Positions 38,718 to 46,567 of a DNA stretch of 64,000 nt are shown here, piece after piece (the stretch's first letter is position 1; every line of letters starts with the position of its first letter). The position numbers and the translations under genes are program-made. Source of the stretch: Xanthobacteraceae bacterium (GTDB lineage: Bacteria; Pseudomonadota; Alphaproteobacteria; Rhizobiales; Xanthobacteraceae); assembly GCA_019635585.1 (NCBI GenBank), contig JAHBZE010000002.1, forward strand, positions 1,012,007 through 1,076,006, in the 5' to 3' direction. The notes beneath the pieces were generated by a model. It was not told the origin of the DNA and ran no database searches. It was given only the letters and a program-made list of their open reading frames with translations.

Positions 38718-39515
38718 GTGAATCGCGCCGAACGCTCCAGAATACTCAACGGAATGATCGAGGCCGCGGCCGAAGCCGGCACCAAAATCCGTGAAATGGC
38801 GGCGACCGGCGTCGTCGCCCGCTCCAAGCCCGACTCCAGTCCCGTGACCGACGCCGACGAGGCTGCGGAAGCGATCATCGAGCGGCATCTCGATACGCTG
38901 CTGCCAGGCGTGCCGATGATCGGCGAGGAAGCGGTCGCGGGCGGCGCGAAGACGAAAACCGGCAGCACCTTCTTCCTGGTCGATCCGATCGATGGCACCC
39001 GCGACTTCATTGCCAAGCGCGAGGGCTACACCGTCAACATCGCGCTGCTGCTCGAAGGCACGCCCGCGCTCGGCGTGATCTATGCGCCCGCGCTCGGCGA
39101 GCTTTATGCGGGCGGCGCGGACGGCGCGTTCCGCTGGCCGCTCGTTCCCGGCATCCGCGTCGAGAACGTGCCTGAAGAAAGAATTCAGGTGCGGAAGCCG
39201 CCGAAGAATATCGTCGCCTGCGTCAGCCATTCGCATCTCGATGCGGCGACCACCGGCTGGCTCAAGAAGCGCGCGATCTCGGAAACCGTGAAGATCGGCT
39301 CCTCGATCAAATTCTGCCGGGTCGCCGAAGGAAAAGCGGATGTCTATCCGCGGCTCGCGCCGGTGAGCGAATGGGATATCGCGGCCGGCCACGCGATCCT
39401 GATGGCAGCGGGCGGCTCGGTGAAGGCGCCGGACGGCGCGCCGCTGCATTACGGCAAGCGCAAGGAAGGCTACGAAGTGGAAAGCTTCATCGCTTCCGGC
39501 GGCGCGCAGTTTTAG
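38718..39515 (+). CDS. cysQ: 3'(2'),5'-bisphosphate nucleotidase CysQ (inositol monophosphatase family)
   Basis: Motifs PVTDADEAAE, FLVDPIDGTRDF and WDIAAGHAIL. GTG start. Confidence 0.88.
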   Translation: MNRAERSRILNGMIEAAAEAGTKIREMAATGVVARSKPDSSPVTDADEAAEAIIERHLDTLLPGVPMIGEEAVAGGAKTKTGSTFFLVDPIDGTRDFIAKREGYTVNIALLLEGTPALGVIYAPALGELYAGGADGAFRWPLVPGIRVENVPEERIQVRKPPKNIVACVSHSHLDAATTGWLKKRAISETVKIGSSIKFCRVAEGKADVYPRLAPVSEWDIAAGHAILMAAGGSVKAPDGAPLHYGKRKEGYEVESFIASGGAQF

Positions 39516-39988
39516 GGAACGAGCTTCTTCTGGATTTCGGGCCAGCCGTTCGCAGCGGCTTCCAGCAGGCTTTCCGGATTGGCGAGAAACTTCGCGACGT
39601 TCTCCTCACGCGCGAACAGAAAAAGTTTCTGCGCGTGAACTGCGAAGTAAGCTGGGTTGCCTTCGAGCGGAATGCCCTCGCCTACTGCAAGCGGATCGTA
39701 GCCGCCAAATTCGGGGACGAAGGTTTCCGGCGCGCGCATGAAAGCAGCGCGGTTCGCCTCCGAGCGGAAGCGCCAGGTCAGCCCGGCGAAGGTGAATTCA
39801 TAATCGGGCCTGCCCGGCCGCGCCGATTTGTCGATGAAATAGGAGACCGGGTCGTAACCGAACAGCGCTACCCCGTTCAGCGGGTCGCTTACGATCCGCT
39901 CGCTGGTCGCAGCCTTCGCGGCGAAGGCGATGCAGGTCGTGACGAACCAGACCGCCAGCAATCCGGCCAAAATGCGCCTCGGGATCAT
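39512..39988 (-). CDS. Periplasmic YHS-domain protein
   Basis: Signal/TM N-terminus. Two YHS-like segments (ALFGYDPVSYF ... FEFTFAGLTWRFRSEANRAAF ... GGYDPLAV). Confidence 0.75.
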   Translation of the reverse strand: MIPRRILAGLLAVWFVTTCIAFAAKAATSERIVSDPLNGVALFGYDPVSYFIDKSARPGRPDYEFTFAGLTWRFRSEANRAAFMRAPETFVPEFGGYDPLAVGEGIPLEGNPAYFAVHAQKLFLFAREENVAKFLANPESLLEAAANGWPEIQKKLVP

Positions 39989-40154
39989 TCACGCTTTCCT
40001 AATGGGCGCGGGAAGATCAAGATTCCCGCCGCCGGGCTTTGATTCGCGACCATAGGGCCCGCCGGTATGCGTCGGGTTAAGGCCGCCGTCCGGGCCTGAA
40101 AAGGGCGCAATTCCGCAGCCATCTGCCCGCGCGTTTTCTTCGCCGGAGAGACCC

Positions 40155-40709
40155 ATGACGTTTCGCGCGATTTTTCTTGCCGTAGCCGCCTTCTTCGCCC
40201 TGCTGCCCACGGCGCAGGCGCAACAGCAGCATTACTCCAACAACGAAATCGTTGACGCGGGCCACCGCTTCTTCGGCACCACCTCGCGCGAACTTGCGCT
40301 GCTCGTCGAGCGTGCGACCAAGCGCTGGGGCCAACCGAACGGCTACATCCTCGGCGAGGAAGGCAGCGGCGCGATCACCGTCGGCCTCCGCTACGGCGAA
40401 GGCACGCTCTATACCCGCAACGCCGGCGACCGCCGCGTCTATTGGCAGGGTCCGTCGATCGGCTTCGATGTCGGCGGCGAAGGCACGCGTGTCATGATGC
40501 TGGTCTACAACCTCCCCTCGCTGGAATCGCTGTTCAACCGCTATGTCGGCATCTCCGGCTCAGCCTATTTTATCGGCGGCTTCGGCATGACCGCCGTGAC
40601 CTGGGACCGTGTCGTGATCGTTCCGATCCGCACCGGCGTCGGGCTGCGCCTCGGCGCGAATGTCGGCTACCTGAAATTCACGCCGACCTCGACCTGGAAC
40701 CCGTTCTAG
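40155..40709 (+). CDS. DUF1134 family periplasmic protein (EipA-like)
   Basis: Signal peptide ending AQAQQ. GYILGEEGSGAITVGLRYGEGTLY ... GPSIGFDVGG ... GSAYFIGGFGM pattern matches DUF1134, the family of Brucella EipA, as I recall it. Confidence 0.8.
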   Translation: MTFRAIFLAVAAFFALLPTAQAQQQHYSNNEIVDAGHRFFGTTSRELALLVERATKRWGQPNGYILGEEGSGAITVGLRYGEGTLYTRNAGDRRVYWQGPSIGFDVGGEGTRVMMLVYNLPSLESLFNRYVGISGSAYFIGGFGMTAVTWDRVVIVPIRTGVGLRLGANVGYLKFTPTSTWNPF

Positions 40710-40857
40710 GCCGAATTTCCGCGCCAGAATTTAATCTTAAAATGCCACGGCGCATCGGCGCCGTGGCGCAACGGCCTGCCTTCGACTAAGCTGGCGGCAC
40801 GGTTGAAGTTTGCGTGGGGTCGGCGTTGCAGTTTTTCCGTCATAACGGGAGCCGGGC

Positions 40858-42231
40858 ATGATCGAAGCGATCATGTTCTTCGCGCTCGGCTTCCTCGGCG
40901 CCACCCTGATCGCGCTGATTACGCTCTCTGCGGTCTGGCACCGCGCGGTGCGGCTGACCACCAAACGCATAGAAGGCGCGATTCCGGTCTCGATGACCGA
41001 AATACAAGCCGACAAGGATCAGCTCCGCGCCGAGTTCGCAATGTCGACGCGCCGCCTCGAGAACAGCGTCGAGCAACTCAAGCTGAAGACCTCCGAGCAG
41101 TTGGCCGAGATCGGCCGCAAGGGTGAAGCGGTGCGGCTGCTAAAGAACGAAGTCGAAGCCAAGACCGCGCGCATTACCGCGCTCGAAGCCCAGGAGCGCA
41201 CGCTGCGCGGCAAGCTCAATTCCACCGAAGAAGAACTCTCCGCCAAGACCCGGCAGTTGCAAGATGCCGAAGCGAGTCTCGCCGCCAAGGAAAAGGAACT
41301 GCGCGACGCAAGCCGCAAGGTAAGTTCGATCGAGACCGAGTCCGACAGCCAGAAAGTCGAAATCGCGGCGCTCGAAACCCAGCGCGACGCGATGACGTAC
41401 CGGATCGAGAATCTCGAACGCGAAATCGCGGCAGGCGAGCAGCGCCTTGCCGGCGAACGCGAAGCAGCACTCGCGGCGAAAGATGCGCTCACCCACGAGC
41501 AGAATAACATCGAAGATTTCCGGAACCGCCTCAGGGAGATGGAAACTTTATTTTCTAACGAGCGGCGCGAAACTGAAGCGCTGGTCGCGACCATCGAAGA
41601 AATGAAATCCGAATCCAAACGCGCGGAAGACCTGGCGAACCGCCGCGAGGAAGAATTGCAGCAACGAATAGCCGACCGCGAGCGGGAGCTCGCGGCGCAC
41701 CTCTCCAGGCGCGAAGGCGAATTGCTCGCCGCCTCGCAGGAGCGCGAGGGCGCACTGGAGGCGAAGATTTCCGCCGCCGAGGAAAAGCTCGCCGCAGCCA
41801 ACGATCAGATCGAACGCGGCCGCGCGAACGCGCAGGCGCTGCACGATGAAGTACAGCACAAGACCGAGGCATTCCAGGCGACCATCGAGATTCTCAAATC
41901 CGAAAAAAGCCAGCTCGAAGGCTCGCTTGCGCAGTTGCGCGAGGAGCGCGACCGGGTCGCCACTGAAGCCGCCTCGCTTCGTACACAGGCCGAAAAATCC
42001 TGGGCCGAAGAGCGCATGGAAAGCGCGCTTCTGCGCGAACGGATCAACGACGTCGCGGCGGAAGTCGCACGGCTTGCCATCAATCTCGAAGGCGCGGATT
42101 CGCCGATCGACCGGATCCTCGCCGCGGACAGCCAACCGAACGGCCACCAGAACGGCGCGCCTTCCGCGAACGGCGAAGCCCGGCTTTCGCTCGCGCAACG
42201 TATCCGCAATCTGCAAAGCCGCCCGCGCTAA
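40858..42231 (+). CDS. Membrane-anchored coiled-coil protein of unknown function
   Basis: One N-terminal TM (MFFALGFLGATLIALITLSAVW), then about 400 aa of E/A/L/R/Q/K-rich heptad-like sequence. Confidence 0.7.
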   Translation: MIEAIMFFALGFLGATLIALITLSAVWHRAVRLTTKRIEGAIPVSMTEIQADKDQLRAEFAMSTRRLENSVEQLKLKTSEQLAEIGRKGEAVRLLKNEVEAKTARITALEAQERTLRGKLNSTEEELSAKTRQLQDAEASLAAKEKELRDASRKVSSIETESDSQKVEIAALETQRDAMTYRIENLEREIAAGEQRLAGEREAALAAKDALTHEQNNIEDFRNRLREMETLFSNERRETEALVATIEEMKSESKRAEDLANRREEELQQRIADRERELAAHLSRREGELLAASQEREGALEAKISAAEEKLAAANDQIERGRANAQALHDEVQHKTEAFQATIEILKSEKSQLEGSLAQLREERDRVATEAASLRTQAEKSWAEERMESALLRERINDVAAEVARLAINLEGADSPIDRILAADSQPNGHQNGAPSANGEARLSLAQRIRNLQSRPR

Positions 42232-42399
42232 CGCTCCGCTTGGCCTTCCCGGCCATTTCCGCGTAAAGTTCATCCGTCGCTGATTGCGGCCCGCCGGAGA
42301 AGGCGGCCCTTCGCCCCTTCGTGCTTGATGAAGCTCGAAGCCGTGGCGCTTCCACAGAAATCGATACGGGCACGAAATGTGCCCTCTGGAGGACTTGTC

Positions 42400-43206
42400 A
42401 TGAAGCGACGGCTTCTGATTGGCGTTACGCTTTCCGCGTTCGCGCTTACCTTTACATTTCCCGCGACAGCCCCGGTAAAGGCGCAGGATACCAATCCCAT
42501 TGTCGTCTTCGCCGCCGCCAGCCTGAAAAATGCGCTCGACGAATTCGCCGGCGAATGGTCGAAGGGCAACAAAACCGAAGTGAAGGTCAGCTACGCGGCG
42601 AGTTCGGCGCTTGCCAAGCAGATCGAGAACGCTGCACCCGCAGACATCTTTATTTCCGCCGACCTGAAATGGATGGACTACATCGAGCAGAAGAAACTTG
42701 TGCGCGCGGGCACGCGCCAGAACCTTCTCGGCAATACGCTGGTGCTGATTGCGCGCAAGGATGGAAAGTTCAAGGACATCAAGATCGGACCGAACTTCGA
42801 CCTTGCAAGCATGCTCGGCAATGAACGGCTTTCGGTCGCTGCGGTCGATTCGGTTCCTGCCGGCCGCTACGCCAAGGCAGCACTTGAAAAACTCGGCATC
42901 TGGAAATCGGTGGAAGGCAAGCTCGCGCAGGCCGAAAACGTGCGCGTGGCGCTGGCCTATGTCGCGCGTGGCGAGGCGCCGCTCGGCATTGTCTATGGCA
43001 CCGACGCCGCATCGGACGCGAACGTGATCGTCGCAGGCACGTTCCCAGACGGCTCCTATCCGCCGATCGTCTATCCGGTCGCGCAACTCGAAAGCTCGAA
43101 GAACCCGAAAGTTACGGATTTCCTGAAATCGCTGAGTTCGCCCGCGGCGCAGGCGATCTTCAAGAAGCACGGCTTCTCCGTGCTTGCCGCGGCCAAGACG
43201 AACTGA
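42400..43206 (+). CDS. modA: Molybdate ABC transporter substrate-binding protein ModA
   Basis: Trimmed to the ATG at 42400 (SD GGAGGA). Signal peptide, VFAAASLKNALDE and ISADLKWMD motifs. Confidence 0.9.
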   Translation: MKRRLLIGVTLSAFALTFTFPATAPVKAQDTNPIVVFAAASLKNALDEFAGEWSKGNKTEVKVSYAASSALAKQIENAAPADIFISADLKWMDYIEQKKLVRAGTRQNLLGNTLVLIARKDGKFKDIKIGPNFDLASMLGNERLSVAAVDSVPAGRYAKAALEKLGIWKSVEGKLAQAENVRVALAYVARGEAPLGIVYGTDAASDANVIVAGTFPDGSYPPIVYPVAQLESSKNPKVTDFLKSLSSPAAQAIFKKHGFSVLAAAKTN

Positions 43207-43898
43207 TGTTAGATTTTTCCGCGGAAGAACTCGACGCGATTCGCCTCAGCTTGTGGGTCGCGTCGATAGGCATTGCTGCAAGCCTGCCTTTCGGGCTGCT
43301 GATTGCCTATGTGCTCGCGCGCAAAAACTTTCCCGGCAAGCTCCTGCTCGACGGCCTCGTGCACATGCCGCTGGTGCTGCCGCCGGTTGTCACCGGCTAC
43401 ATCCTGCTGCTCCTGTTCGGACGCAAGGGACCGGTCGGCGCGTTCCTGGAACAGACGTTCGGCATCGTGTTCTCGTTCCGCTGGACCGGAGCGGCGCTCG
43501 CCGCCGCCGTGATGGGTTTTCCGCTGATGGTGCGCGCAATCCGCCTTTCGCTGGAAAGCACCGACCGTCGCTTGGAGGACGCCTCGCGCACACTCGGCGC
43601 GAACGGGCTCACGACATTCTTTTTCATAACGTTGCCGCTTGCGCTTCCCGGCATCATCGCCGGTCTCGTGCTCGCATTTGCCAAAGCGCTCGGCGAATTC
43701 GGCGCAACGATCACGTTCGTCTCCAACATTCCCGGCGAAACCCGCACGCTGCCGACCGCGATCTACACCTTCACGCAAGTGCCGGGCGGCGATGCGGGCG
43801 CGTTCCGCCTCGCTGCGGTCGCCGTGGTGATCGCGCTGGCCGCGCTTGTCTTGTCCGAACTGCTCGCGCGGCGTACCGCCGCAAGGATCGACGGCTGA
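43206..43898 (+). CDS. modB: Molybdate ABC transporter permease ModB
   Basis: 230 aa with the EAA-loop motif LEDASRTLGANGLTTFFFITLPLALPG. Confidence 0.93.
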   Translation: MLDFSAEELDAIRLSLWVASIGIAASLPFGLLIAYVLARKNFPGKLLLDGLVHMPLVLPPVVTGYILLLLFGRKGPVGAFLEQTFGIVFSFRWTGAALAAAVMGFPLMVRAIRLSLESTDRRLEDASRTLGANGLTTFFFITLPLALPGIIAGLVLAFAKALGEFGATITFVSNIPGETRTLPTAIYTFTQVPGGDAGAFRLAAVAVVIALAALVLSELLARRTAARIDG

Positions 43899-43899
43899 C

Positions 43900-44547
43900 A
43901 TGTTCGATGTTTCGATTGCCGCGACGCTCGGCGAATTCAACCTCGACGCTTCCTTCAGAAGTGAAAGCATGGTGACCGCGCTTTCCGGCCCCTCGGGTTC
44001 CGGCAAGTCGAGCATCGTCGCGGCGATCGCGGGTCTATTGAAGCCCGCGCGCGGCAGAATCGCGGTGGGTGGCCGCGTGCTGTTTGACAGCGAAGCGCGC
44101 ATAGATATTCCCGCGCAGAAGCGCGGCATGCGCGTCGTGTTTCAGGAAAGCCGCCTCTTTCCGCACTTTACCGTCGCGCAGAACCTGATGTTTGGGCGCT
44201 GGCTGGCCGGCAAAAAACGCGACCGGCAATTCGACGAGGTGGTGACGCTGCTCGGCATCGAACCGCTGCTCGCGCGCCGCCCGCGCAAATTATCCGGCGG
44301 CGAGCGCCAGCGCGTCGCGATCGGCCGCGCGCTGCTTGCGGAGCCGAAGGCGCTCCTGCTCGACGAACCGCTCGCCTCGCTCGACGCGGGGCGGAAGGAA
44401 GAGATCATCCCCTATCTCACCCGGCTGGTCGCAAACGTGAAAATTCCGGTGCTTTACGTCAGCCATGCCCGCGACGAGATCGAACGGCTGGCGCAGACCA
44501 TCGTGAAGATAGACGGCGGACAGGTAACCGAAGTAGAGCGGCGCTGA
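43900..44547 (+). CDS. modC: Molybdate ABC transporter ATP-binding protein ModC (short form)
   Basis: Trimmed to the ATG at 43900. Walker A GPSGSGKSS, signature LSGGERQRV, Walker B LLLDEP. About 215 aa, so it lacks the C-terminal Mop/TOBE domain. Confidence 0.9.
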   Translation: MFDVSIAATLGEFNLDASFRSESMVTALSGPSGSGKSSIVAAIAGLLKPARGRIAVGGRVLFDSEARIDIPAQKRGMRVVFQESRLFPHFTVAQNLMFGRWLAGKKRDRQFDEVVTLLGIEPLLARRPRKLSGGERQRVAIGRALLAEPKALLLDEPLASLDAGRKEEIIPYLTRLVANVKIPVLYVSHARDEIERLAQTIVKIDGGQVTEVERR

Positions 44548-44555
44548 GAGCAGCC

Positions 44556-44667
44556 GTCGTCCCCGCGAAAGCTGGGATCCATAACCGCGGCTGCAAGTTG
44601 TTTTTACGAGCGCTCGAAATATTCCACGAGCACAGGGATTATGGATTTCCGCCTTCGCGGGAATGAC
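44556..44667. repeat. Inverted pair of REP elements (GTCATTCCCGCGAAGGCGGAAATCCATAA type), MITE/BIME-like
   Basis: The left arm 44556-44584 and the reverse complement of the right arm 44639-44667 match at 23 of 29 positions. About 54 bp spacer. Intergenic between convergent modC and the oxidoreductase gene. Confidence 0.7.
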
Positions 44668-44669
44668 CC

Positions 44670-45689
44670 CTATGCAATTTTCACCAAAAGTTTCCCGAAG
44701 TTCTTGCCCTTGAGCATACCCATGAATGCCTCCGGCGCATTCTCGAGGCCATTCACGACATCCTCGCGATACTTGATCCGCCCCTCGCGCAGCCACTGGC
44801 CGGCCTCGCGATAGAAGTCCGGTGCCTGCGCCGCGAAGTCCCACACGATAAAGCCGCGCAAGGTCAGTCGGCGGCGCAAGATCGCACCCATTAGCATGCC
44901 GGTGCGGTCCGGACCCGGCGGCAGCGCGGTGTCGTTATAATGCGCGACTATCCCGCAAACGGGAACACGCGCGAAGTCGTTGAGCAGCGGAAAGACCGCG
45001 TCCCAGACCTTGCCGCCGACATTCTCGAAGTAAACGTCGATGCCCTTGGGACATGCGGCAGCAAGCTGCTTCGCCATCTCCGGATCGCGATGGTCGATAC
45101 AGGCGTCGAAGCCGAGCTCATCGACGACGTATTTGCACTTGTCTGCCCCGCCCGCGATGCCGACCGCGCGGCAGCCCTTGAGCTTGGCGTATTGCCCGAC
45201 GAAGGAGCCGACCGGACCCGAGGCGGCTGCGACCGCGACCGTCTCGCCTTCTTTCGGCATGCCGATATTGCGCATGCCGAGATAGGCGGTCATGCCGGGC
45301 ATTCCGAGCACGCCGAGCGCGGTCTGTACCGGCGCCTGTTTCGGATCGAGCTTACGCAAATCCGAACCGTTCGAGACCGCGTAGTCCATCCAGCCGGTAT
45401 AAGAGAGCACAATGTCGCCCGGCACATATTCGGGACGATTGGATTTGACGACCTCGCTGACCGTGCCAGCCACCATCGGCTCGCCGACTTCCACCGGCTT
45501 GGCATAAGACTTCGCCGCGCTCATGCGCCCGCGCATATAGGGATCGAGCGACATCCAGAGATTACGAAGCAGTACCTCGCCGTCTTTGGGCGTTGGAATT
45601 GCTGCCGTTTCCAGCCGGAAATGCTCAGGTCTCGGCTCGCCTTCGGGACGCGAGGCAAGGACGATACGGCGGTTTTCTTGCGCGGACAT
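44670..45689 (-). CDS. NADP-dependent oxidoreductase (MDR superfamily, YncB/CurA-like)
   Basis: 339 aa with the nucleotide-binding motif AAASGPVGSFVGQYAKLKGC. Confidence 0.9.
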   Translation of the reverse strand: MSAQENRRIVLASRPEGEPRPEHFRLETAAIPTPKDGEVLLRNLWMSLDPYMRGRMSAAKSYAKPVEVGEPMVAGTVSEVVKSNRPEYVPGDIVLSYTGWMDYAVSNGSDLRKLDPKQAPVQTALGVLGMPGMTAYLGMRNIGMPKEGETVAVAAASGPVGSFVGQYAKLKGCRAVGIAGGADKCKYVVDELGFDACIDHRDPEMAKQLAAACPKGIDVYFENVGGKVWDAVFPLLNDFARVPVCGIVAHYNDTALPPGPDRTGMLMGAILRRRLTLRGFIVWDFAAQAPDFYREAGQWLREGRIKYREDVVNGLENAPEAFMGMLKGKNFGKLLVKIA

Positions 45690-45801
45690 GGATACGGCGA
45701 AGCTCCCTGCGAACTGTTTTTATGGTGAGGCGGCAAGTATGCGTCAGGCCTATCGCAATGCCAAACGCCGTCACCGACTTGGGGAAGCCGCCATTTCGCC
45801 A

Positions 45802-45830
45802 TTGACGAAAAAATCGCCGCGGCAGCTAAT
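45802..45830 (+). promoter_or_regulatory. Sigma-70-like promoter candidate (TTGACG-N17-GCTAAT)
   Basis: Hexamers with 17 nt spacing, about 40 nt upstream of the ATG at 45871. Confidence 0.4.
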
Positions 45831-45870
45831 GTCCGCTATCCGATTTGCGGCAAACACGAGGGGAACGGAT

Positions 45871-46116
45871 ATGGCGAAGAAGAAGCGTAAGAAGGCGAAA
45901 GCCAAAGCAAAAAAGAAAAAGACCAAAGCAAAGGCGAAGAAGAAAAAGGCGAAGCGCAAGAAGGGCCGCCGCACGACGATGTACAGCTCCAAGGGCAAGA
46001 AGCTCTATGCTGTCCGTTCGGCGGATGGAAAATTCAAGGACATCCAGACCTACAAGCGCGCCCACACCATGGACATGAAGCGGCATTCGAAGGCTGAAGA
46101 CACGCCGGCTTCCTGA
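45871..46116 (+). CDS. Small lysine-rich (histone H1-like tail) protein
   Basis: 81 aa. SD GAGGGGA 7 nt upstream of the ATG, and a strong terminator 21 nt after the stop. N-terminal 32 residues are almost only K/A/R (MAKKKRKKAKAKAKKKKTKAKAKKKKAKRKKG), followed by a non-repetitive 45 aa C-terminal part with normal GC3 bias. Confidence 0.7.
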   Translation: MAKKKRKKAKAKAKKKKTKAKAKKKKAKRKKGRRTTMYSSKGKKLYAVRSADGKFKDIQTYKRAHTMDMKRHSKAEDTPAS

Positions 46117-46137
46117 AACCGCGCCTGCCAATTTGCG

Positions 46138-46165
46138 AAAACGCTGGCCTTACGGCCAGCGTTTT
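46138..46165. terminator. Bidirectional rho-independent terminator
   Basis: AAAACGCTGGCC-TTAC-GGCCAGCGTTTT: 12 bp stem with A/T runs on both sides, between convergent genes. Confidence 0.88.
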
Positions 46166-46180
46166 CCATTTTAAGGACGC

Positions 46181-46567
46181 TCAAATACCCGACAGCTTGT
46201 AGGCCGTCCCATAGCGCCCGAAGTCGTGCGACTTGATGTTGTTGCGGAGACTTCCCTCGTATTGCTGGAGCGGATCCACCACCGTGACCTTCACGACGGC
46301 CGTATCGCCGGGCTTTACGATGCCGGCATGGACCACGGCGACCGAAAGCATCGAGTCGCCGGTATAGATGTCGGTGCCCCAGACCTGCCCCTCGGTCTCG
46401 CCCTTGATGCGGAAGTAATAATTCGCGCCGATGTCCTGCCCGAGTTCGATCATATTGACCGGGGCTTCCGCCGCCAGAAACCCCTGATCCAGAAGCGCGC
46501 GAAGCTGTTTCGGCGAAAGCTCGCCGCGCCGGTCGAAGTAGTTCACCAGTTCCTGCACGACTTTCAT
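46181..46567 (-). CDS. Cytosolic LCCL-domain protein
   Basis: 128 aa, no signal peptide. GTDIYTGDSMLSVAVVHAGIVKPGDTAVVKVTVVDPLQQYEGSLRNNIKSHDFG fits the LCCL pattern (G.D.YT.DS.I..AA.HAG ... Y.GS..NG..S) but lacks the cysteines. ATGA overlap with the upstream gene. Confidence 0.7.
   Translation of the reverse strand: MKVVQELVNYFDRRGELSPKQLRALLDQGFLAAEAPVNMIELGQDIGANYYFRIKGETEGQVWGTDIYTGDSMLSVAVVHAGIVKPGDTAVVKVTVVDPLQQYEGSLRNNIKSHDFGRYGTAYKLSGI

Noticed and set aside
42232-42399. Possible Moco riboswitch or ModE/Mo-box operator upstream of modA
   Set aside because: I found only a short hairpin (GGGCAC-GAAAT-GTGCCC, about 42369-42385) next to the SD. There is no recognisable Moco-motif architecture and no TATAT-type Mo-box dyad. 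Insufficient evidence.
41548-43170. 540 aa minus-strand ORF spanning two plus-strand genes
   Set aside because: It runs antisense across the coiled-coil gene, the intergenic region and modA. No SD or start context and no motifs.
45871-45965. Repetitive AAG/AAA/GCG tract as a possible CRISPR or tandem-repeat locus
   Set aside because: It is a coding low-complexity (Lys/Ala) region in frame with a well-signalled ORF. There is no repeat-spacer periodicity. No CRISPR array exists anywhere in the window.
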